Below are positions 7,777 to 16,878 of a DNA stretch of 22,772 bases, one piece after another. The notes under the pieces are model-generated. The model worked only from the letters and a program-made list of their open reading frames with translations. It was not told the origin of the DNA and ran no database searches. This DNA comes from an uncultured virus (IMG/VR IMGVR_UViG_2687453376_000003) (lineage: Duplodnaviria; Heunggongvirae; Uroviricota; Caudoviricetes). The stretch lies in the IMG/VR virus record IMGVR_UViG_2687453376_000003; one strand, given 5' to 3'. Each line of letters opens with the position of its first letter. The stretch's first letter is position 1. The position numbers and the translations under genes were made by a program.

Positions 7777-8434
7777 GCTGCGCGCCGAGCGCCTGAGTCA
7801 GCCCGTAGCTGGGGCCACTGAGGAAAGCCAGCACATCAAGCTGATAGCACTGGATAAGGATGTGGCACGACTGCGCAGCATCGAGCGCGTCGTTGACAAA
7901 GTGGAGATGAAGCGCAGCGAGCTACTGCCAAAGTGGCTCCCGCACGCCCAGGTCTATCTGGATGGCGGGCGCGTCTACCAAAACCCGATACTGGTCTACT
8001 GCATCATCTGGCTACTGGATACGCAGCAGTTTGAGCAAGCGCTGGACTGGGCGGATATTGCCATCCCCCAGGGCCAGGAGACGCCGGGCAACATCAAGTC
8101 GAAGCTGCCGACATTTGTTGCCAGCAACATCCTGGAATGGGCGGAGCGAGAGGCTGAGGCCGGGCACAGCGTTCAGCCCTACTTCTCCCGGGTGTTCGAC
8201 CGGGTCAGGCATCAGTGGCAAATAAACGAGCGTCTAGCTGCCCGTTACTACAAATTTGCTGCCCTGCTCCTGCTGCGTAGTGGCGGGAGTGAGCAGCCCA
8301 GCGCTATCAGCTCTGTTGAGTTGCTGGAGCAGGCCGACGCCCTGCTGGAAAAGGCGGCACTACTGCATCCTAAAGTACAGGTGAAGACCCTGCGCCAGCG
8401 CATTGCCATGCGATTGCGGGCGCTGGCAGGTTAG
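7733..8434 (+). CDS. Terminase small/endonuclease subunit, P2 gpM-like
   Basis: Start moved to ATG 7733 (MITPMQRQ, GAGG at 7723-7726). Motifs KRSELLPKWLP, IWLLDTQQFEQALDWADIAI-QGQETP and a C-terminal VKTLRQRI. Confidence 0.88.
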   Translation: MITPMQRQKAQQQNKLRAERLSQPVAGATEESQHIKLIALDKDVARLRSIERVVDKVEMKRSELLPKWLPHAQVYLDGGRVYQNPILVYCIIWLLDTQQFEQALDWADIAIPQGQETPGNIKSKLPTFVASNILEWAEREAEAGHSVQPYFSRVFDRVRHQWQINERLAARYYKFAALLLLRSGGSEQPSAISSVELLEQADALLEKAALLHPKVQVKTLRQRIAMRLRALAG

Positions 8435-8454
8435 TAAAACGACTACCCCAAGCC

Positions 8455-8528
8455 AAAGCGGGCGCGGTGGAGGGACACAGGCCAATGGGCCAGCGTGTAC
8501 CGCGGAAACCGGCCTGCCCGCTTTTTTT
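8455..8528 (+). promoter_or_regulatory. Structured intergenic element between gpM-like and gpL-like genes, ending in a U-tract (terminator/attenuator-like)
   Basis: AAAGCGGGC (8455-8463) pairs perfectly with GCCCGCTTT (8516-8524), encloses further short stems, and is followed by T7 (8522-8528) and AGGAG. Confidence 0.5.
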
Positions 8529-8546
8529 AGGAGCCCGGAATCCACC

Positions 8547-9029
8547 ATGTTTGACGGTAAAAGTATCGACTATCAACAGACAACCATCCAGAACGATGGA
8601 TTCTGGCCGGACATTGACGCAGGTGATTTTGAACGCGCCCGCACTATTCCGCCAACCATCGATCACGGCGTGGTGATCAACGCCCTGCTGACGGCGATCG
8701 CCGAGTTGAACATGAGCCTGACCGCCACCCAGACACGCTATCGGGAGGCCGGATACAACACCACTGATGCAGTGCCCGGCCCCGCCGCCATCGATGCCAG
8801 GCGGCGCGATGAGGCACCGCGCCGCACGCATCTGACGGCGCTGTATATCAAGGCGATCTATGCCCGCGCAAAGGCCGACCTGCTGCCCGAGTTCGCCACC
8901 ATTGGCCGGCGCGACGCGCACCCCGGGCAGGAGGCGCCGGACGTACGCCGGGGACTGCTGGCTGAATCTGCCATGGCACTGCGCGCCATCATGCAGCGCC
9001 CGCGCTGCTCTGTCAGCCTGATCGATTGA
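8547..9029 (+). CDS. Head completion/stabilisation protein, P2 gpL-like
   Basis: Start moved to ATG 8547 (MFDGK). Motifs IQNDGFWPDI and LYIKAIYARAKADLLPEF; synteny. Confidence 0.9.
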   Translation: MFDGKSIDYQQTTIQNDGFWPDIDAGDFERARTIPPTIDHGVVINALLTAIAELNMSLTATQTRYREAGYNTTDAVPGPAAIDARRRDEAPRRTHLTALYIKAIYARAKADLLPEFATIGRRDAHPGQEAPDVRRGLLAESAMALRAIMQRPRCSVSLID

Positions 9030-9039
9030 GGGGGGAAAC

Positions 9040-9519
9040 ATGACGCAACTTGCCGAGTTAACGACCTACATTCAGGAGCAGATCCCCCGGCGGGCGAACA
9101 TCACATTTTCAAGTGAGATGGACGATATCACCCTGTTCCCCGCCGTCAAAAACCTGGGTAATGGCTGTCTGCGCATCCAGGTGCGCCAATACGACGCTGT
9201 GCTGACGTGGGATGCCTGGCCCTACCGGCTTGCCAGCCCTGACCTGCTTTTTAGCGTCATCGAAAGTTGGCTGACCTACCATGCCAACGGGCTGCGCGAC
9301 GAGCTTGGCCTTGCCATACCCCGCACCGACGTTAGCGTCGACGATCAGGGGAACGCCTGGCTGCAGATCATCATCCCGATGGCGGACCCCCTCACGCTAC
9401 GTGAGGATGAAACCGGCGAAATCCTCCGTAATGGTAAGCGCTATTGCCTGGACAGTCCTGATATCTGGGTCGCAGAGCACTACACCATCCATCCGGGAGC
9501 GGCCGATGATCAGGGGTGA
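9040..9519 (+). CDS. Tail completion/terminator protein, P2 gpR-like
   Basis: Synteny after gpL; Y.AVL.W..WPY and C-terminal GKRY.L..PDIWVAE patterns typical of HP1-like phages. Confidence 0.75.
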   Translation: MTQLAELTTYIQEQIPRRANITFSSEMDDITLFPAVKNLGNGCLRIQVRQYDAVLTWDAWPYRLASPDLLFSVIESWLTYHANGLRDELGLAIPRTDVSVDDQGNAWLQIIIPMADPLTLREDETGEILRNGKRYCLDSPDIWVAEHYTIHPGAADDQG

Positions 9520-10240
9520 GGTTAACGCTGTGCAGCTCAAGCAGCTGCGCCAGGCGCTTAAACAAGCTGACCTGCCGCCCGCCAAGCGTCAGCATCTGCT
9601 GGGGCGTATCGCCAGGCGTGGGCTTATTCCGCTGGCTAAGCGCCACATTAGAGCACAGACCGCCCCAGACGGTTCGCCCTGGCCCAAGCGTCGGCGCGGC
9701 AAACGCAAGATGTTGACCGGATTGCCCAAGTTTTTGGGCGTACGTGAGAACGGGGACGGCTCTATCACGCTGCACTTTCGGCGCGGGAGCTACGAGAGCA
9801 ACACGCACGCCGGCGCCATCGGCTACGTCAACCAGCACGGCACCGACATCCCAATGTCAGCCAGCACCCAACCCCGTAACAGAGCCAGTCAGAAAGCAAA
9901 ACCTGCCACGCGGGGCCAGGCCAGAAAATTGGTTGCGCTGGGCTATCTGGCACCGAACCTGCCGGCGCGTGGCGCAGAGAGGCGCCATCGGCCGCCGACG
10001 ACGCGTAGCAAAAGGCGGCACGTTAGCCAGGCATGGATCCGTGAGAACCTGAATATGGCACAGGCAAGTCTGATAATTCGCGGGCTAAAAGGGGATATAC
10101 CCAAAAAGACTTGGACTATCACCCTGCCGGCACGCGCATTTTTGGGTGCCAATGATGACGAATTCGCCACCATTCTGGCGCGCGAACTGCGCGGGATCCA
10201 GTTTGGCTGGAATGTGAAAAAACAGGATATCAAGAGGTGA
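9506..10240 (+). CDS. Virion morphogenesis/tail completion protein, P2 gpS-like
   Basis: Start moved to ATG 9506 (GGGAG at 9495-9499). Motifs QTAPDGSPWPKRRRGKRKML and LPARAFLG. Confidence 0.85.
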   Translation: MIRGEVNAVQLKQLRQALKQADLPPAKRQHLLGRIARRGLIPLAKRHIRAQTAPDGSPWPKRRRGKRKMLTGLPKFLGVRENGDGSITLHFRRGSYESNTHAGAIGYVNQHGTDIPMSASTQPRNRASQKAKPATRGQARKLVALGYLAPNLPARGAERRHRPPTTRSKRRHVSQAWIRENLNMAQASLIIRGLKGDIPKKTWTITLPARAFLGANDDEFATILARELRGIQFGWNVKKQDIKR

Positions 10241-10244
10241 ACGT

Positions 10245-11417
10245 ATGGTTTGGCCCAGTGTCACGATTACGCAGCTGAACACGTTCGGCGGCGTCACGAA
10301 ATCCATCGAGCGCGCCCTGCTGTTTGTCGGCGCGGCAGCGGCCAATCAGGGTACCGTCGTTCCCGTCATCGCCAGCAGCGATCTCGATGCCCTGTTCGGT
10401 AACGCCGACTGTGCGTTGAAAAACGAGATCGCCGCCTTTTTCAAAAACGCTGGTCAGGGCGCGTTTTGTTATGCCGCCGTCATGACGGCAGGCGAGAGTA
10501 GCCCCCCGGAGGATGGGGAGTTCCCCATGCAGGGGGCTCTGCTATTCGACTGGCGCCCTGCCATTCGCCGCGCCCAGGCACAGGTATCCGTTGAGGGTGT
10601 GATTATTACCGCACCGGTCAGCACCCAGGAGGAGATCCAGGCCGCCCAGGAGCTGCGTACCGAGATCAATAACGCACTGGGGCGCTGGCTGTGGTTTGCC
10701 TTACCCGTCGCCGGTATCGATGATGAAACCGAGACCTGGGCGGAGTACACCGAGAAGCTGACCGCACTGCAGCAGGGTATCGCCGCGCCACAGGTACAAC
10801 TGGTGCCGACGTTTTTCGGTAACGAAATCGGCGTACTGGCCGGGCGCCTGTGTAATGCCGCGGTGACCATAGCCGATAGCCCGGCACGCGTCGCAACAGG
10901 GCCGCTACAGGGGCTCAAAAACCTGGACAAACCCATCGATTCAGCCGGTAAGCCGCTCGATTTGGCCACGCTGCAGGCATTGGCCCGCATGCGCTACAGC
11001 GTGCCGATGTGGTACGCCGACTACGACGGCCTGTACTGGGCCGACGGCGCCACACTGGAGGTCGAGGGCGGGGATTATGGCGTCATCGAGAATGTCCGAG
11101 TCGTCGATAAAGCCGCGCGCCGCATTCGTATCATGGCGATCCCCAAAGTTGCCAACCGCATTCTCAACAGCACGCAGGGCAGCATCGCCGCCCATGAACT
11201 GCTGTTTGGCAAGCCCCTGCGCGAGATGGCTAAAAGCGTGCAGATAGGCGGTGTGACGTTCCCCGGCGAGATCCGCCCACCGAAAGACGGTGATGTAAAA
11301 ATCACCTGGCCGGAGGCGAGTAAGGCCGCCATTAATTTCATCATCCGCCCGTACAACTGCCCGAAGGAAATCACCACCGGGATTATGTTGGATACCGACC
11401 AGGAGAATAACGTATGA
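10245..11417 (+). CDS. Contractile tail sheath protein (HP1-type, DUF2586-like)
   Basis: WPSVTITQLN, GVLAGRLCNAAVTIADSPARVATG, RYSVPMWYADYDGLYWADG, PYNCPKEIT; synteny. Confidence 0.88.
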   Translation: MVWPSVTITQLNTFGGVTKSIERALLFVGAAAANQGTVVPVIASSDLDALFGNADCALKNEIAAFFKNAGQGAFCYAAVMTAGESSPPEDGEFPMQGALLFDWRPAIRRAQAQVSVEGVIITAPVSTQEEIQAAQELRTEINNALGRWLWFALPVAGIDDETETWAEYTEKLTALQQGIAAPQVQLVPTFFGNEIGVLAGRLCNAAVTIADSPARVATGPLQGLKNLDKPIDSAGKPLDLATLQALARMRYSVPMWYADYDGLYWADGATLEVEGGDYGVIENVRVVDKAARRIRIMAIPKVANRILNSTQGSIAAHELLFGKPLREMAKSVQIGGVTFPGEIRPPKDGDVKITWPEASKAAINFIIRPYNCPKEITTGIMLDTDQENNV

Positions 11418-11869
11418 CCGCCCGTATCAGTGGTATGTCATTCGACGTCAACGTCGGCGGCATCGAGATCCACGTCAACACCGTTTCCCTGGATATCAGC
11501 GATGAGACCAGCGTCGCCAAGACTCGCGGCATCCCCGACGGCACCATCGATGGCGCCATCAGCGCCGAGGGGGAAATCGAGGTGGATAGCCGTAATTTTA
11601 ATTTATTGGGCGAGGCGGCCAGCCAAGCCGGATCGTGGCGTGGCCTGCCGCCGATGGATTTTCTGTTTTTTGCAGACACCGGCGACGAGAAAATCGATGT
11701 AAAGGCATTCGGCTGCAAGCTGCTGCTCTCCAACCTGTTGAACATCGACAGTAAAGGCGGCGAACTCAGCACCCACAAAATCAAATATCTGGTCTCAAGT
11801 CCAGATTTTGTCCATATCAACGGCACGCGCGTCCTGTCCGAGCACGACGTGCGCGGGCTGATGGGGTGA
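11414..11869 (+). CDS. Tail tube protein (HP1-type, DUF2597-like)
   Basis: RISGMSFD, TRGIPDG, AFGCKL and SPDFVHING motifs; follows the sheath with a 4-nt overlap. Confidence 0.88.
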   Translation: MTARISGMSFDVNVGGIEIHVNTVSLDISDETSVAKTRGIPDGTIDGAISAEGEIEVDSRNFNLLGEAASQAGSWRGLPPMDFLFFADTGDEKIDVKAFGCKLLLSNLLNIDSKGGELSTHKIKYLVSSPDFVHINGTRVLSEHDVRGLMG

Positions 11870-11872
11870 CCT

Positions 11873-12163
11873 ATGTTCAACGAGCATGAGCGAACCCTGT
11901 TCACCCTGGCGCTGATCGGTGCCGGTTCCGCTATTGGCCGGGTCTTGCTGAGTGAGAAGCCCATCACCTGGAAGCTGTTCATCGGACGGACGCTGCTCGG
12001 CAGTGGGCTCTCCATGTCCGCCGCCGCCCTGCTGATCCAGTACCCCAGCCTCTCCCCGCTAGCCGTCGCTGGCGTCGGCGCCGCACTGGGGGTTGCCGGG
12101 TACCAGTGCGTAGAAATCTATCTGCGCCGCTGGTTACGGCGGCGCGACCAGGATAAACGCTAA
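11873..12163 (+). CDS. Holin, P2 gpY-like
   Basis: Three hydrophobic segments, basic C-terminus, and PIT..LFIGR.LLG...LG.AGYQ..EI pattern shared with P2 gpY; directly upstream of the endolysin. Confidence 0.9.
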   Translation: MFNEHERTLFTLALIGAGSAIGRVLLSEKPITWKLFIGRTLLGSGLSMSAAALLIQYPSLSPLAVAGVGAALGVAGYQCVEIYLRRWLRRRDQDKR

Positions 12164-12179
12164 CTGCACGAGGTACTCC

Positions 12180-12731
12180 ATGAACATCGATGCCATTTTC
12201 GAGCAACTACTAGGCAAAGAAGGGAATTATGTCGATCACCCCAGCGATAAGGACGGTCCCACCAACTGGGGCATCACCGAAAAAACCGCCCGCGCGCATG
12301 GCTACACTGGTGATATGCGTTACCTGACCCGCGAGCAGGCCTTGGAGATCTACCGAGCCGACTATTGGCGCGCGCCCCGCTTCGATCAGGTCTATGTCCT
12401 GAGCCCCTCGCTGGCAGAGGAGCTACTGGATACGGGCGTTAACATGGGGCCGTCTGTCCCCTCTGCCTGGCTACAGCGCTGGCTTAACGCCTTCAACCAA
12501 CGCGGGAAACTGTATCCGGATTTACAGGCCGACGGCATCATCGGCCCCCGAACTATCTCCGCGCTGCAGGCTTACCTGAACGCCCGCGGTGACGAGGGTG
12601 CCACGGTTTTGCTGTCTGCGCTGAACTGTAGCCAGGGAGCCCGCTACCTTGAGATCACCGAACGGGATCAAACCCAGGAAGACTTTACCTATGGCTGGAT
12701 GCGGGCTCGGGTGGCCACTCCCCAAACCTAA
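12180..12731 (+). CDS. Endolysin, glycoside hydrolase family 108 with C-terminal peptidoglycan-binding domain
   Basis: EGNYVDHPSDKDGPTNWGIT (variant of the EGGY motif), DTGVNMGP, DGIIGPRT, F.YGW...RV; GAGG RBS. Confidence 0.92.
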   Translation: MNIDAIFEQLLGKEGNYVDHPSDKDGPTNWGITEKTARAHGYTGDMRYLTREQALEIYRADYWRAPRFDQVYVLSPSLAEELLDTGVNMGPSVPSAWLQRWLNAFNQRGKLYPDLQADGIIGPRTISALQAYLNARGDEGATVLLSALNCSQGARYLEITERDQTQEDFTYGWMRARVATPQT

Positions 12732-12761
12732 TGAAACCATCGATTATCCCAGGAGTCTCTC

Positions 12762-13055
12762 ATGAACGAGAAACGCGATGCAGTAACCGAAAATAGCGAT
12801 GGCCAGATCACCCTGCAAATCGGTAGTCAGGAACTGACCTTCGCACCAACGGCGCAAGCCTACGACGCCCTACAAAATGACTTTATGCCGAACAACAAAA
12901 TCGCCCCACTGAAAAACTACCTACGCCGCATCGTCATCAAGGATCATCGTCAGGCACTGGATATGTTGCTGCAAAAGCCCGGTATGCCGGCGGCGATCGC
13001 AACTGCGGTAAATGACGAGTACGCCCCGAGCATTGAGATCACCGTAAAAAAATAA
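12762..13055 (+). CDS. Tail assembly chaperone (short form)
   Basis: AGGAG RBS; lies upstream of the tape measure gene; NNKIAPLKNYLRRIV motif; ends in the slippery run GTA AAA AAA TAA. Confidence 0.85.
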   Translation: MNEKRDAVTENSDGQITLQIGSQELTFAPTAQAYDALQNDFMPNNKIAPLKNYLRRIVIKDHRQALDMLLQKPGMPAAIATAVNDEYAPSIEITVKK

Positions 13056-13240
13056 CGGCGCAGGTTGAGGCCATCAGCCGTAATTCGTTTTCTCAACTGA
13101 TGGCTCTGCGCCGACACTACCTACCGGGCGAAGATGATGAGCCGCAGAGCCTCGCCATGGCCGCCTGGTTGGATAACCACTACTGGGAAAATCTGTCCGC
13201 CGCCGTCAACAACGGCATCGTGAAAGCCTTTAAGGGGTAA
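13052..13240 (+). CDS. -1 frameshift extension of the tail assembly chaperone (gpE+E'/gpGT analogue); not in the ORF track
   Basis: The -1 frame is open from 13052 to TAA 13238-13240: ITAQVEAISRNSFSQLMALRRHYLPGEDDEPQSLAMAAWLDNHYWENLSAAVNNGIVKAFKG. It fills the gap to the tape measure start at 13244. Confidence 0.8.
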   Translation: MTAQVEAISRNSFSQLMALRRHYLPGEDDEPQSLAMAAWLDNHYWENLSAAVNNGIVKAFKG

Positions 13241-13243
13241 TCA

Positions 13244-15358
13244 ATGCAACGCCTGGAGCTGCTGCTGTCGCTTAATGACAAACTGACCCGCCCCTTGCAC
13301 GCAGTGGGCGGTAAAGTGCAGGCGTTTGCGGCCACCAGTCGCGCCTCGTTCGGTCAAATCGCCATAGGCGGCGCGGCATTGTGGGGAGTGGGTCATGCCA
13401 TCAAAGGGGCGCTGCAGCCAGCCATTGAAATGGACAGGGCGTTGGGCGAGGTCAAATCATTGGGGGTGGCGGAGAGCGGACTACGTAAGCTACAGCGCGC
13501 CTCCCTCGACTTCACCATGGCTTACGGCGGCAATGCCGCGGAGTTTGTGCGATCTTCCTACGATATCCAGTCCGCTATCGCAGGCCTGAGCGATAACGAG
13601 TTGTCCCGATTTACGGCAGCCTCCGCCACCCTGGCCAGGGGGACCAAGTCGAGCAGTGCGACGATCACCGCCTACATGGGCACGCTGTACGGCATTTTCG
13701 AGCAACAGGCCAACGCCATGGGCAGGGGCGCCTGGGTGGAGCAAATCGCTGGTCAGACGGCGACGGCGGTGCAGATGTTCAAAACCACCGGCGATCAGAT
13801 GTCTGCCGCATTCACCTCGCTGGGCGCCAGCGCCACTGCTGCCGGCGTCGATGTCGCCGAACAGTTCGCCGTGCTCGGCCAGCTACAGGCCACCATGGGC
13901 GGCAGCGAGGCCGGAACAAAGTACAAGGCGTTCCTGGCCGGCATCGGCGGTGCGCAGAAAACCCTGGGGCTGAATTTCACCAACCGTGACGGCACTATGA
14001 AGGGCGTCACCGAAATCATGCGCCTGATCCAGGGTAAATTTGGCGATCTGTCCAAAGTTACCGACAGTGACCTACTGGCAAAGGCCTTTGGCTCCAAGCA
14101 GGCTGTCGCGATGGTTAAGCTGCTCAATGCCAATATCAGTAGCCTGGAGAGGAACATTACCACTCTGGGAAACACCAAGGGCATGGACAAGGCGGCCGAG
14201 ATGGCCGGAGCAATGGCCGACCCGTGGGAAAAGAGCCTGGCCGTTATCAACGCCATACGCATCGAGATCGGCACCCAACTGTTACCCGTGCTCTACCCGT
14301 TCATCGACCAGGCCGTCAGCGGTGGCTACGAGTTCGTCAAGTGGCTGCAGCTCTACCCCAACATTACCCGCGCCATCGGGCTGATGGCCGCAGCGCTGCT
14401 GGCGCTGGCCGCCGCGGGCGCGCTAATGAACATTATCTGCGGTATAGCCCGGTTTATCTGGGTGGGCCTGAAAATCATCTGGCTCGCTGCCACCGCCCCG
14501 CTGAAAATTTTAGTGGTGCTGAAGCGCGCATTAACGCTGGCGACAGCTGCCTACAACCTGGTGCTAAGGGCGTTACGCGCCAGCGTTCTCGCCGCCTCGA
14601 TAGCGATGGGGATCTACGATGTCAGGGGGAAGGCGATGGTGGCGCTGCAGGTACTGCAAAAAGCGGCCACGCTGGCCTGTACCGCCGTGATGGCTGGTGC
14701 TGCGGTGGCGATGAATCTTTTTGCAGGCGCCACCGGACTGGCCGCCGGTGCCATGCAGCTGCTCTTCAGCCCCATAACCCTCATTATTCTGGCCATCGCC
14801 GCGCTGGCCATCGGGGTTTACTACCTGATAACCCGCTGGGATGACATCAAGGCAGCGCTGATGGACACCGCTGCATTTCAATGGGTCATGGACGTGGCGG
14901 GCAAAATGGGTGCCTGGTTTGGTACGGTGTGGGATGGCATATCGCAAGGGTGGGAGCAGCTTGTTGCCTACATTTCAATGCACTCACCCCTTGATGCATT
15001 CCAGGGCCTGGCCGCCTCGATCGGCAACCTGTTCGGCAATCTGTGGGGATGGCTGAAATCATCATTCTCCAGCGCCTACAACTGGATCATCGAAAAGCTG
15101 AACCTGATACCCGGCGTCAGCATCGATATGCAACCCATCCCCACACCCGACGCGCTGAATGGCAACACTGGCGGCGAGGTCACCCCGCTGCTGACCGGCG
15201 GACGGGCACAAAGCGCAGGGCCTGGCGGTATCGGCCAGCAGATCCGCAACAGCAGCAGCAAAACGGACATCGACAACTCACAACGCACGGTAAACGTCAC
15301 GATAGAGAATGCCTCCCCAGCCAACGTTAATGAATGGATGGAATTACATGCACGCTGA
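13244..15358 (+). CDS. Tail tape measure protein (TP901-family core)
   Basis: 704 aa, Ala/Gly-rich and helical, with FVRSSYDIQSAIAGL and GSEAGTKYKAFL motifs and a hydrophobic C-terminal half; synteny. Confidence 0.93.
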   Translation: MQRLELLLSLNDKLTRPLHAVGGKVQAFAATSRASFGQIAIGGAALWGVGHAIKGALQPAIEMDRALGEVKSLGVAESGLRKLQRASLDFTMAYGGNAAEFVRSSYDIQSAIAGLSDNELSRFTAASATLARGTKSSSATITAYMGTLYGIFEQQANAMGRGAWVEQIAGQTATAVQMFKTTGDQMSAAFTSLGASATAAGVDVAEQFAVLGQLQATMGGSEAGTKYKAFLAGIGGAQKTLGLNFTNRDGTMKGVTEIMRLIQGKFGDLSKVTDSDLLAKAFGSKQAVAMVKLLNANISSLERNITTLGNTKGMDKAAEMAGAMADPWEKSLAVINAIRIEIGTQLLPVLYPFIDQAVSGGYEFVKWLQLYPNITRAIGLMAAALLALAAAGALMNIICGIARFIWVGLKIIWLAATAPLKILVVLKRALTLATAAYNLVLRALRASVLAASIAMGIYDVRGKAMVALQVLQKAATLACTAVMAGAAVAMNLFAGATGLAAGAMQLLFSPITLIILAIAALAIGVYYLITRWDDIKAALMDTAAFQWVMDVAGKMGAWFGTVWDGISQGWEQLVAYISMHSPLDAFQGLAASIGNLFGNLWGWLKSSFSSAYNWIIEKLNLIPGVSIDMQPIPTPDALNGNTGGEVTPLLTGGRAQSAGPGGIGQQIRNSSSKTDIDNSQRTVNVTIENASPANVNEWMELHAR

Positions 15359-15701
15359 TAAATTGCTCTACATCGACCTGCTGATCACCGACCGTAATTT
15401 CACCCTAAACAGCGGCCGGGAGCCCGTGCTGTGCAATAACCGCCTCAGCATTGCCCAGGACTGCCAGCACGCCATTATCGAGAGCGGGCTGGCAACACGC
15501 ATGCTGGCCGAGAAAAGCCCCACCCTGCGCGCTGACCTGATGATGCAGATGATGCTGCTGGTCGAAGACGACGAACGTATCGTTCCCGGCACGGTCACGA
15601 TGACCGAGGAGGTCCCACTGTCTGGCCGGCTGCTTATCCAGGCCGAGACTGAAGATTTTCGCAATGAACCGCTGACATTTGAGGTGACGCTGAATGATTA
15701 A
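15348..15701 (+). CDS. Baseplate wedge protein (DUF2590-like, gp25/gpW position)
   Basis: Start moved to ATG 15348. Motifs YIDLLI, SIAQDCQHAIIESGL, VEDDERIVPGTV. Confidence 0.82.
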   Translation: MHADKLLYIDLLITDRNFTLNSGREPVLCNNRLSIAQDCQHAIIESGLATRMLAEKSPTLRADLMMQMMLLVEDDERIVPGTVTMTEEVPLSGRLLIQAETEDFRNEPLTFEVTLND

Positions 15702-16878
15702 CGGCAAGCCGAACGTCGATTACGAGAAAATTTTGGCTGAACAGGGAATGCCCACCACACCAGCGCAGGCGCGAGCCCGATTTGACGCCATCGTTAAAGA
15801 AGAGGGGCTGATCACCAATGCATCGCGCATGTCCCCTTTCTGGAAGCTGATCTCCGCCATCGTGACCACGCCGGTGATGTGGCTCAAGGATGCGCTGGTC
15901 AGCGTAGTGATGAAAAACCTGTTTCTGGCAACGGCCGGCGGCATGTTTGTCGATATCTTTGCCTGGGCCGTCAACCTCCCCCGCAAACCTGCCACCGCTG
16001 CCCAGGGCACCATCCTATTCACCAAGGCCGACGCCGCCCGAGAAATCACTGTGCTATCGGGAACCCAGATCCAGACAGAGCGTATCAATGGCATCATCTA
16101 TTCGCTGACCACCACCGCCGACACAGTGATCCCGGCAGGAGTGGTACAACTGCGCCTAAAAGTCTCCGCCGACGCGCCCGGCGCCGGTTTCAATCTGGCC
16201 CCGGGCTATTACCGCATTCTACCTACCGCCATCGACGGCATCGAGCGCGTCGAAAACCCCGAAGACTGGCTGATTATCCCCGGCGCCGATGCCGAGAGCG
16301 ATGACGAACTGCGTGATCGGGTGCGCAACCAGTTCAATCTGGCCGGTGCTTACCATACCGACGCCGTATACCGTGGCCTGATCTCCAGCGTTGCCGGCAT
16401 CAGCGCCGACCGCATCTACTTTATGCATGACGCCCCGCGCGGGCCGGGCACCGCCAACGCCTATATCCTGCTGGACAGCGGGATACCCGCGCAGCCGTTT
16501 ATTGACACCATCAACGACCATATCATGGCCCAAGGTCATCATGGACACGGTGACGATCTGCGCACATTCACTATGCCTGAAACGCGCCACGACCTGACTG
16601 TCACCCTGTACCCTTATGTCAGCCTCGGACTGAGCCAAGAGGCGATCGCCGCACTACAGCGCGATGTCGGTAACCTGGTGCGCTGTGCGTTCCGTGAAAA
16701 TACCGAGTACGACGTGCAAAAAACGTGGCCCTACAGCCGGTTCAGTATGTCGCGCCTAGGGGAAGAAATTCACCGGGAGTTCGCAGAGGTTGAATCCGCG
16801 ACGTTCTCGCTATCAGATATCGAAAGCGGTCTGGCCGTGCCGCGCCTGCATATCCTGTCAATCGAGGTATCCGTATGA
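15694..16878 (+). CDS. Baseplate J-like protein
   Basis: SPFWKLI, PGADAESDDELRDR, APRGPGTANAYIL, GHHGHGDD; synteny. Confidence 0.92.
   Translation: MINGKPNVDYEKILAEQGMPTTPAQARARFDAIVKEEGLITNASRMSPFWKLISAIVTTPVMWLKDALVSVVMKNLFLATAGGMFVDIFAWAVNLPRKPATAAQGTILFTKADAAREITVLSGTQIQTERINGIIYSLTTTADTVIPAGVVQLRLKVSADAPGAGFNLAPGYYRILPTAIDGIERVENPEDWLIIPGADAESDDELRDRVRNQFNLAGAYHTDAVYRGLISSVAGISADRIYFMHDAPRGPGTANAYILLDSGIPAQPFIDTINDHIMAQGHHGHGDDLRTFTMPETRHDLTVTLYPYVSLGLSQEAIAALQRDVGNLVRCAFRENTEYDVQKTWPYSRFSMSRLGEEIHREFAEVESATFSLSDIESGLAVPRLHILSIEVSV

Noticed and set aside
9970..9987. TGGCGC/GCGCCA hairpin in the Arg-rich segment of the gpS-like gene
   Set aside because: A 6-bp stem is expected by chance in GC-rich coding DNA.
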